A stretch of 64,000 nucleotides of DNA, from contig CM035358.1 in the NCBI GenBank assembly GCA_020137815.1, positions 6,076,001-6,140,000 on the forward strand, read 5' to 3'. Both the position numbers and the translations under genes were made by a program. This document shows positions 40,701 to 64,000 of the stretch, piece by piece. The DNA comes from Hormiphora californensis. Lineage: Eukaryota > Animalia > Ctenophora. Numbering within the stretch: position 1 is the first letter of the stretch; each line of letters opens with the position of its first letter. Below the pieces are notes generated by a model. That model searched no databases and was not told the DNA's origin. It saw nothing but the letters and a program-made list of their open reading frames with translations.

Positions 40701-42572
40701 CTTCATCCTTTTTGCATGTTTCATAACCTAAAAATAGAGAGAGAGAGAGAGAAATGTGAGAAAATGTCTCCAAATTTCTAAGTAAGAAATTTTCTCGAGT
40801 CACAATTTCTAAGCGATACAATTGATCGAATCGCAATTCCCAAGCGAGAAAATTTCGTAGCAAAACATTTCTCGAATCGTAATTTATAGGCGATTAATTT
40901 TCACAATATCAGTTACCTGCCAATAGCAGAGCATCAGGAGAACTTCCCGGTACTCCTTGATCTTCCCTTCTTCTAGTATTCCTTCTGAAAATGTAGAGGT
41001 GTTTTGATTGCATTAGAGCTATTGGGGCAACAACGCTCTTCCTCATGTCACCGAGCAATATGTGAGGAAGATGTATTACAAACTAGGTCTATAACAAAGG
41101 TGCCATGCTAATACCTTCTAGTCAACTAGGGTCTAGGTTTATAACAAATGTTTGTTACCTTCTATTCAACTAGGTATATAACAAATGTTTGTTACCTTGA
41201 AACTTGAAAAATAATGAAGGCTATCATGCCATGCTAATACCTTCTAGTCAACTAGGGTCTAGGTTTATAACAAATGTTTGTTACCTTCTATTCAACTAGG
41301 TATATAACAAATGTTTGTTACCTTGAAACTTGAAAAATAATGAAGGCTATCAACAAAAACATGACCACCTCTCAAGAACACACATTTAAAACTCACTTTA
41401 TTTTACAGTACAAAAGTCAACTAGGTCTATAACAAAGGTGCTAATACCTTCTAGTCAACTAGGTCTATAACAAAGGTGTTAATACCTTCTAGTCAACTAG
41501 GTATATAACAAAGGTGCTAATACCTTCTAGTCAACTAGGTATATAACAAAGGTGCTAATACCTTCTAGTCAACTAGGTCTATAACAAATGTTTGTTACCT
41601 TCTAGTAAACTAGGTCTATAACAAATGTTTGTTACCTTCTAGTCAACTAGGTCTATAACAAAGGTGCTAATACCTTCTAGTCAACTAGGTCTATAACAAA
41701 TGTGTGTTACCTTCTAGTCAACTAGGTCTATAACAAAGGTGCTAATACCTTCTTGAAGGAGGTTGTGAAGAGCCTTCATGTCCACAATACCGCCAACTTT
41801 CTTAACCGTACTGCTGTAGAAATCACGCACCTGAGAGAGATATACATTCATTACACATGTACGGGAATGTGATAGTGAAAATACTGAAACAGATTATAAT
41901 GGAATAAGTTAAGAAGGTTGGCTGCTCATCTCCTTGGTTAAATCCTTTTTAAATCTACCCCGGGAACGGGTTTGCAAAAAAAAGTGAAGTGTACCTGTTC
42001 TCGTTTGAGGATGTGTTCCATTTCAAGATTCCCGTATATTCGTTTCATTTTATTGTTGAAATACTGCTGCACCTTCTCAAAATCTTTCCCAAACTGTGTT
42101 GTTATAATTATCAGCAAGTGTTCAACAGAGTAGGCAAGTCTCTTATCATACTCTTACTCGACCTACCGAACCAACAGAGCCCTCATATTCTTACCTATAC
42201 TTGATCTTCCATATTTTTACTTGATCTACCCTCACAGCGCACTCTCCCAATGCCATTTTATGGAATTCTTACCTCATTTATTCCCTCGAAAAAGATATCC
42301 TTCTTGGTCGAGTCCCACAGAGCCGTGGTCCTGACACATCTCTTGGCTGACAACTTTGAGGTTGTCGGCTCTGCTTTATTGGCAACTTTCTCATCATCAT
42401 GATCACTCGACGCCTTCGAGTCTACCCTCCGTCGTTTACCTACACAACTTATTGTTAGAATAACGAGATTTTTTCAATTAAATCTAAAATGTATTTACAT
42501 TGGAATCAAGAAGCATCTACATTTAATCATACCAGGTGACTGGGGCGGTGGAGATGTCACAATGTCATCCAT
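34293..42572 (-). CDS. CRAMP1: Cramped-like SANT-domain chromatin regulator
   Basis: Phase-consistent exons 42572-42533, 42439-42273, 42093-41995, 41830-41749, 40984-40917, 40727-40629, 40485-40334, 38491-38413, then further (approximate) exons to TGA at 34293. Motifs match Cramped: WDSTKKDIFFEGINEFGKDFEKVQ, EQVRDFY, KINELV, ILPFNNWSW..QNISQNPRIR, ISLLEKKW, LTIGYVY, LEYEW, LKRL. Confidence 0.85.
38709..39906. mobile_element. Non-autonomous Tc1/mariner-type element with about 370-bp TIRs, in a cramped intron
   Basis: TA|CAGGGTGTCCCAC...GTGGGACACCCTG|TA; mirror ORFs 38748-38948 and 39667-39867. Confidence 0.9.
41080..41752 (-). repeat. 38/39-bp minisatellite repeating a cramped donor site
   Basis: Minus-strand unit ...GTTGACTAGAAG|GTATTAGCACCTTTG (variant GTAACA); the real donor is CAAGAAG|GTATTA at 41749/41748. 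Confidence 0.9.
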
Positions 42573-43065
42573 GTGTGTTCAAAACCCAGAATCCCATTTG
42601 GCTGTGTAGGCGTTTAATTAGTTTATTTGCACAATATTTCTTACACCTCATTGACTAGATGGCGGTTTTCAGCCGCGACCGCCAATGGGTGTAAAGGGTA
42701 GGGCGGAACCCTAGTCATTTTATTTTCATTTAGGGGGCTGTAGGAACCCAAAAAACAAATATTCGCCAACAGGCGTATCCATACTGTATCAGGGGACTGA
42801 AGTGCATCCCCAATCCACCAAGCTGAGCGTTCCTTTGGCAAAACCGAAGGAAAAGGCTCGTTTTTCCCACTTTTAGATTTTTTTAAACGTTCCGGCAAAT
42901 AAAAATGCGATTTTTTTAGATTCGACTTGCATTGATCTGAATATGCTAAATCACGCGCAAAACGTAACACGCGATTGGATGCCAAAAGCGCTGCCGAGTT
43001 TTGAAGCCGCGCACTGTGAATTTCATTTTCGGACAGCGAGTTTTTGGTCGCAAAAACTTCAGTTT

Positions 43066-43213
43066 GAGGCCCCTCGGAAATGTTCAAGTCATGCACAATC
43101 AAGTCACGCCCACCAATCACAGCTCAGAACGCGCAGAGTGCTTCGCGCGTTCTGCGCTGTGATTGGTGGGCGTGACTTGATTGTGCATGACTTGAACATT
43201 TCCGAGGGGCCTC
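43066..43213. mobile_element. 148-bp hairpin MITE
   Basis: GAGGCCCCTCGG...CCGAGGGGCCTC, near-perfect arms of about 70 bp, TTT on both flanks. Confidence 0.8.
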
Positions 43214-43300
43214 TTTGCAATTTTTTCACACGATTCGTTTTTTTCACACGATTCGTTTCAAACTTTTCAACACTACTTTAAACAAATTAATTTGAGGTTT

Positions 43301-44545
43301 ATGGAACCGCCCCTCATGGGCAGTCCGACGCTAATGGATGGGGCAGCCGCTTCTTCCTCCCATGTCCCTGATCCCACACACCAACTCCAACAAGCGCTGA
43401 TCAACGAGAACCTTCTTCACCTGTTGGACGAGGATTCTGAACTTCCTCCGAGAAACCCAGACCGAAAATCATTGTGGGCACTGCTAAAACAGTCATACCA
43501 GGCGGTATGTGCACTTACTGATGCTCTAGCTCTCAACACTCGCCAAACTCCTTCGTCCAATGAAAATGACCCTCTCGATAATCTCAATGTTATAGAAGAC
43601 ATGAACAATCATCTAGAAAAATTCAAGGAAGATATACTATCTGCAGTAACCGACAGAATTACTGCTGCGATGATACCTCTGAACCAGGCAGCGCCATATG
43701 CTCATGCTACTGCTGCTGCTGCTGCAACCCTTACGCCAGTCCGCACTCCTACCCTACCACCTAAACCGTCTTTCAGTGATATTCCCAAACCAGCACTTCC
43801 GTGGCGAAAAATCTACATTGACTGTGAAGAGATTGATATCGACGAGGTCCAGAAGTTAAGTGAAAATGCTCTCTCCAAGACGAAAGTGTCAAGAATGGAC
43901 AAAAAGAAAAACTTGGTCATCGTGACCGTACCAGAGAGTGAGGGTCAGAAAGCAGCTGACGCCCTTAGCACGGGTCTACGTACCAAGACAGTAAGAGTGA
44001 GATCTGATCCAACAAGCAAACTCACGGTCCTAAATTTTCCCATCTCTGATTCTATTAATCAAGAAGACGATAGACGAAAACGAAGTGAAATCATCATAGA
44101 AGTCCTACAGGAGAAGAATCCGGAACTACAGGGCATTGCTGTGGATGTTGTGTCTTACAGAAAAAACTATCGGAATCCTGAACTCGCTACCATCGGTCTA
44201 CGCCTACCCACTCAAACAAAGAGACAACTCCTTCGCCAGAGGGTAGTCTTCGTTGGATACACTGCGTGTAACGTTGTCGACAGAATACACGTGTTACAGT
44301 GCTACAAATGCCAAGGCTTCCATCACTCAGCAGCAGGCTGTGATCGAGACTCAGTGTGTGCACACTGCTCAAAAAACCATGAATCAAAGGACTGTCCAGA
44401 AAAATCGAACACAGACTTTATTCCTTCATGTGTAAACTGTTCCCTGAATGGAAAGTCAAAGGACGATGTCTCCCACCGGGCAAACAGCACTGAGTGTCCG
44501 ACATACAAAGCTATATATGAAGCTACAAGGTCAAAAAACGAGTAG
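43301..44545 (+). CDS. LINE ORF1, gag-like nucleic-acid-binding protein
   Basis: C-terminal zinc knuckles CYKCQGFHHSAAGC, CAHCSKNHESKDC, CVNC..H..C. Confidence 0.85.
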   Translation: MEPPLMGSPTLMDGAAASSSHVPDPTHQLQQALINENLLHLLDEDSELPPRNPDRKSLWALLKQSYQAVCALTDALALNTRQTPSSNENDPLDNLNVIEDMNNHLEKFKEDILSAVTDRITAAMIPLNQAAPYAHATAAAAATLTPVRTPTLPPKPSFSDIPKPALPWRKIYIDCEEIDIDEVQKLSENALSKTKVSRMDKKKNLVIVTVPESEGQKAADALSTGLRTKTVRVRSDPTSKLTVLNFPISDSINQEDDRRKRSEIIIEVLQEKNPELQGIAVDVVSYRKNYRNPELATIGLRLPTQTKRQLLRQRVVFVGYTACNVVDRIHVLQCYKCQGFHHSAAGCDRDSVCAHCSKNHESKDCPEKSNTDFIPSCVNCSLNGKSKDDVSHRANSTECPTYKAIYEATRSKNE

Positions 44546-44553
44546 AGGTAAAG

Positions 44554-47457
44554 TTGGCCACTCTGAACTGTTTTTCTCTGAGAAACAAGGTTGATGATAT
44601 TTTACTGACTATCATAGACAATGATATTGATGCTGTTTGTTTGACCGAAACTTGGTTACATGCTATTGAGAGTGCTATTGAGAGTCAAATTAGTGAGCTT
44701 GGGTATAGGTTAGTTAGTGTTGCACGTGGTTCTAGAGGGGGTGGTGTAGCTATTCTCATGAAAAACTCCTTTCATTTCACTCAGTTCAATCACTCTTTCT
44801 CATCAATGGAATGTATTGAATTATTGCTGACTCATTCAAACTGCATGCCGCTTCGATTACTTGGTGTATACCGCTCCCCATCCCAATCCCATTCGGTTTT
44901 CTTGGAGGAGTTCGAGACACTACTTCATGGTCTGGCTGAAAGGTCGGGAGAGGTCGTCATAACTGGTGATTTCAACATACATGTACAGAACATACATGAT
45001 AGTTTTGCCAAATCCTTCTGTGGACTCCTTGATGATCACTACTTTCACCAGTCGGTAAACACCGCCACTCATGTCTCAGGTGGAATACTCGATCTAGTTC
45101 TCACGAAGAATCTCCCTGATGCTCTTCCAATATCAAATCTTGCTGTAGAGATGACTCCTGCAGCTCCTGACCACGCACTGGTTTCGTTTAACCTTCCAAT
45201 CGGGGCTCCAATTCAGCGGAAGGACTTCATCTCCATTCAACGACGGGATATCAAGAATTTGGATGTGGATGAACTTCGATGCACCATACTGAAATCCCCG
45301 CTCTGCGACACAGAAGAATTCCCTAGTGAACTGGTTGAGATCATTAAACTCTATGATGACCTTCTGTCCGAGTTTTTGGACGAACTTGCCCCGATTGAGA
45401 ATAAGGTTGTTCCAGAAAATCCTAGCCCTCCCTGGTTTAATAGTGACTGTCAGGCGGCAAAACGGCGACGCAGGAAAGCCGAGCGTGATTTCAAGGCGTT
45501 ACTGAAGAGAGATGTTCCCTCGCAGATACTGGTTGAATCTCTGAGGAATCTCAGACGGGAGGCGAAAGAGGCATCACGGTTCATCACTTCAACCAGAGAC
45601 GACTACTATCGGAGGAAACTGGAAGAGGCTGGGAATGACCAATCGGTAATATATCGAATTACGAATGGATTGCTTGGCAAGGAGAAGAATCCGAGCACAC
45701 TACCGGAACATGATGACCCAGTTGATCTCTGTCAAAAATTCGTTCAGTATTTCAAGGAAAAAGTGGACAAAATCTATTTGGACATCAAGAAACTACGGAC
45801 AGAAGACGTCACCAGAGGACCCGAAACACCCAGCCCACCACAACTCGATTCCTTTCGTGCATTATCTAGTGAGGAGCTAGTTAAAATTGTTCGATCAATG
45901 AACTACAAACAATGTGACCTCGACCCTCTACCATCAAAACTGGTCGGAGAATGCATCCACGAACTGATGCCGATAATATTGGCTATTGTCAACGGTAGCC
46001 TTACTAGTGGAGTGTTCCCCTCTACATTGAAAAAGGCCATGATACGACCGGTTTACAAAGGGAAAAGACTCGACTCGAACAGCATGTCAAGTTATCGACC
46101 GATTTCTAATCTGAGTTTTATCTCAAAGATTATTGAAAAGTGCGTTGCTCTACAGATTACAGAACATCTGGAAAGCCATGGACTTCTTGCCTCAGTTCAA
46201 TCGGCATACAGACAGAAGCACTCCTGTGAAACAGCAACACTACGTATATTCAATGATCTGCTAGTTCTCACTGATAAACGGAATAAGGCCGTTCTTCTCC
46301 TCTTGGATCTATCCGCTGCTTTCGACACAGTCCCTCACAACATTCTCATTAGCCGATTGGACAAGATGTATGGAATCAAAGGGGTGGCTCTTGAGTGGTT
46401 CCAGTCATATCTGAAAGACCGGGTAGCAGTTGTCAAAATTGGCAAAAGTCAATCACTTCCTGTTAACATCGAAATAGGTGTACCGCAGGGATCCATCCTC
46501 GGTCCGTTACTTTTTATTCTGTTCACTAAGGACTTGGAAGCTATAGCGGCACGACACAAAACCAAGATTCACCTCTACGCTGACGATTCTCAGCTTTATG
46601 TCAGCTTCACAAACGATGCCTGGAATGAATGTGAGTCTCAACTCAAAAAATGTTTCTTGGAAATTAAAGCATGGATGGCATCCAGTTACCTGAAACTAAA
46701 CCCGGCAAAAACTGAGTTGATGTTCATTTCCTCTCGAACTGATAATAGTCCAAACCCACTGGACTATTCAGATCCTCTAACATTGTGTGATGAGGAAGGA
46801 CCCCTCTCGGCGACCATCTTTCCCTCCCAGAGTGCCAAGAATCTGGGTGTTGTCTTTGATGAAAAACTTACCATGAAAGAACATGTTTCAAAAGTTGTGA
46901 AGGAATGTAACTATAACCTTGTCAACCTCCGTAGAATTGGAAACAAGCTACAGAGAAGACACAAGGTTCAGCTGGTCCATTCGCTCATCCACTCTCGTCT
47001 GGACTACTGTAACGGCTTACTAATTGGTGCCGATAAATGTGACATTGCCAGATTGCAAAAAGTGCAGAACGCAGCGACTCGCTTTGTGTTTGGAAGGTGG
47101 CAGTGGAGGGGAGTTACAGACCTCAGGCGGCAATTACACTTTCTTCCAGTTGATGCTAGAATTGAATTTAAAATCTGTCTCATGGTTTTCAAGTGTCTAA
47201 ACAATCAAGCACCACAATATCTTCAAAATCTAATAAACAAACGTCAGAGGAAAGGAAAATCACTACGTCACGACGGTGATCTGACCCTTTTGGAAAGGGA
47301 TTTTTCAACCAAGTACAAAACCACACAGCGTGCATTTCAAGTTTCAGGCCCGAGGATCTGGAATCAACTTCCCATTGACATTCGCAACTGTTCAGACGAG
47401 GAAACTTTCAAATCCAGACTCAAAACCCACCTGTTTGAAAAGTCGTATGGTGTTTAG
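44554..47457 (+). CDS. LINE ORF2, APE endonuclease plus reverse transcriptase (no ATG start)
   Basis: APE motifs (LTETW, GDFN, PDH), RT motifs (LDLSAAFD, GVPQGSILGP, YADD) and an L2-type C-terminus (LHFLP..RIEFK, WNQLP, FKSRLKTHLF). Confidence 0.95.
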   Translation: MATLNCFSLRNKVDDILLTIIDNDIDAVCLTETWLHAIESAIESQISELGYRLVSVARGSRGGGVAILMKNSFHFTQFNHSFSSMECIELLLTHSNCMPLRLLGVYRSPSQSHSVFLEEFETLLHGLAERSGEVVITGDFNIHVQNIHDSFAKSFCGLLDDHYFHQSVNTATHVSGGILDLVLTKNLPDALPISNLAVEMTPAAPDHALVSFNLPIGAPIQRKDFISIQRRDIKNLDVDELRCTILKSPLCDTEEFPSELVEIIKLYDDLLSEFLDELAPIENKVVPENPSPPWFNSDCQAAKRRRRKAERDFKALLKRDVPSQILVESLRNLRREAKEASRFITSTRDDYYRRKLEEAGNDQSVIYRITNGLLGKEKNPSTLPEHDDPVDLCQKFVQYFKEKVDKIYLDIKKLRTEDVTRGPETPSPPQLDSFRALSSEELVKIVRSMNYKQCDLDPLPSKLVGECIHELMPIILAIVNGSLTSGVFPSTLKKAMIRPVYKGKRLDSNSMSSYRPISNLSFISKIIEKCVALQITEHLESHGLLASVQSAYRQKHSCETATLRIFNDLLVLTDKRNKAVLLLLDLSAAFDTVPHNILISRLDKMYGIKGVALEWFQSYLKDRVAVVKIGKSQSLPVNIEIGVPQGSILGPLLFILFTKDLEAIAARHKTKIHLYADDSQLYVSFTNDAWNECESQLKKCFLEIKAWMASSYLKLNPAKTELMFISSRTDNSPNPLDYSDPLTLCDEEGPLSATIFPSQSAKNLGVVFDEKLTMKEHVSKVVKECNYNLVNLRRIGNKLQRRHKVQLVHSLIHSRLDYCNGLLIGADKCDIARLQKVQNAATRFVFGRWQWRGVTDLRRQLHFLPVDARIEFKICLMVFKCLNNQAPQYLQNLINKRQRKGKSLRHDGDLTLLERDFSTKYKTTQRAFQVSGPRIWNQLPIDIRNCSDEETFKSRLKTHLFEKSYGV

Positions 47458-48180
47458 GATGGACTGTCCCATTAATTTATGTGTACATCTATACGTCCGC
47501 TGCATGCATTGAGCTTCAGAATTATGGAGCAGTGATTCGCTCCACTCTTTTATTTCGTGATTAATCTCTTTTCTATGTAACTTATTACATTGATTTAACA
47601 TATATTTTCATACATATAATCATTTCTTACTTAATCAAAAACATTAATTTATTATCTACTTATTATCATCATATCTGGGCTATTAATATCACTCATATCA
47701 TCTTTCTTTTCCACTTTGGGTTCACCGCTTTAGAAGGCTGGTAGGAGTGCTCTGGCGCTCATCGAGTAACTTTGTATGACGTTTATCACTCTTACTATTA
47801 TTAGTCAAAAAGCGGGATGTTAAATGTACATTTTGATTGATTGATTGATTGATTGATTTTCCCCAACTCCCACTCGAAAAGTATGCCTGGACACAGACTA
47901 GTTTCCCCTAGACACAGTCGATTTTCGCATTAGCTGTTATCTACCTCTTTTATGTTTGATTTCCTTTAGTTCAACAATAATTTATGCATTCATCAATCTC
48001 GCCAAATCTGTAAAAATATTGTCCGATACGTTCGCCAGCGCATCGCCATTTACATTTAAAACGAATTCATTTAGTTAAATCTTGTGCACTGTTTATATGT
48101 TGTGAAATATTATAAAAATTAACAAATCTTGTAAAACGAATTCATTTAGTTAAATCTTGTGCACTGTTTATATGTTGTGA

Positions 48181-63281
<15,101 letters not shown>

Positions 63282-63287
<6 letters not shown>

Positions 63288-64000
63288 CAAGGGGCCGCCC
63301 TCACCCGGGGCCTCAAATACCATGCAGGTAATTAGGAGTTAATTAGTTAATTAGCAGGGGTTCTGACAAGGGGCCGCCCTCACCCGGGGCCTCAAATACC
63401 ATGCAGGTAATTAGGAGTTAATTAGTTAATTAGCAGGGGTTCTGACAAGGGGCCGCCCTCACCCGGGGCCTCAAATACCATGCAGGTAATTAGGAGTTAA
63501 TTAGTTAATTAGCAGGGGTTCTGACAAGGGGCCGCCCTCACCCGGGGCCTCAAATACCATGCAGGTAATTAGGAGTTAATTAGTTAATTAGCAGGGGTTC
63601 TGACAAGGGGCCGCCCTCACCCGGGGCCTCAAATACCATGCAGGTAATTTGGAGTTAATTAGTTAATTAGCAGGAGTTCTGACAAGGGGCCGCCCTCACC
63701 CGGGGCCTCAAATACCATGCAGGTAATTAGGAGTTAGTTAGTTAATTAGCAGGGGTTCTGACAAGGGGCCGCCCTCACCCGGGGCCTCAAATACCATGCA
63801 GGTAATTAGGAGTTAATTAGTTAATTAGTTAATTAGCAGGGGTTCTGACAAGGGGCCGCCCTCACCCGGGGCCTCAAATACCATGCAGGTAATTAGGGGT
63901 TAATTAGTTAATTAGCAGGGGTTCTGACAAGGGGCCGCCCTCACCCGGGGCCTCAAATACCATGCAGGTAATTAGGAGTTAATTAGTTAATTAGTTAATT
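63282..64000 (+). repeat. 79-bp minisatellite starting at the eRF1 stop codon (9 or more copies, runs off the window)
   Basis: Unit TTCTGACAAGGGGCCGCCCTCACCCGGGGCCTCAAATACCATGCAG|GTAATTAGGAGTTAATTAGTTAATTAGCAGGGG. Confidence 0.95.

Larger units (their letters stand above)
43214..47858 (+). mobile_element. Apparently full-length L2-clade (CR1 group) LINE
   Basis: Uninterrupted ORF1 and ORF2, a 3' UTR and a (GATT)6 tail at 47835-47858; the 5' boundary is approximate. Confidence 0.9.

Overview
Eukaryotic, intron-rich, repeat-dense animal DNA. It is most likely a ctenophore (Pleurobrachia/Hormiphora-like); this is an inference from the MITE families and the nested-gene architecture. I reconstructed spliced genes by hand with phase-consistent GT-AG exons: a single-pass membrane protein (+, 5065-13957, 5' end not found), a secreted Ly6/uPAR (three-finger)-like protein with an acidic/Thr-rich tail (-, 20594-29086), a Cramped/CRAMP1 homolog (-, 34293-42572) and a complete 10-exon eRF1/ETF1 (+, 48220-63287). 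The eRF1 introns hold two antisense GPCR genes, a truncated RNase-H LINE and tRNA-derived elements. An apparently intact L2-clade LINE lies between the divergent cramped and eRF1 genes, and there are many non-autonomous DNA transposons (Transib, Chapaev-like, hAT, Tc1/mariner, CMC-like). The most striking pattern is that most large minisatellites sit exactly on exon-intron junctions and multiply the splice site itself (branch point plus acceptor, or exon end plus donor) in all four host genes. Other notable signals: a Transib element with RSS-heptamer ends and 6/16-bp asymmetric spacers, an A_AAA_AAC -1 slip site joining LINE ORF1 to an ATG-less ORF2, a fixed-spacing CCAAT-N19-CACGTG-N12-CCAAT module, and a leaky-context eRF1 stop embedded in a 79-bp array. 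Two stretches look like low-quality assembly.
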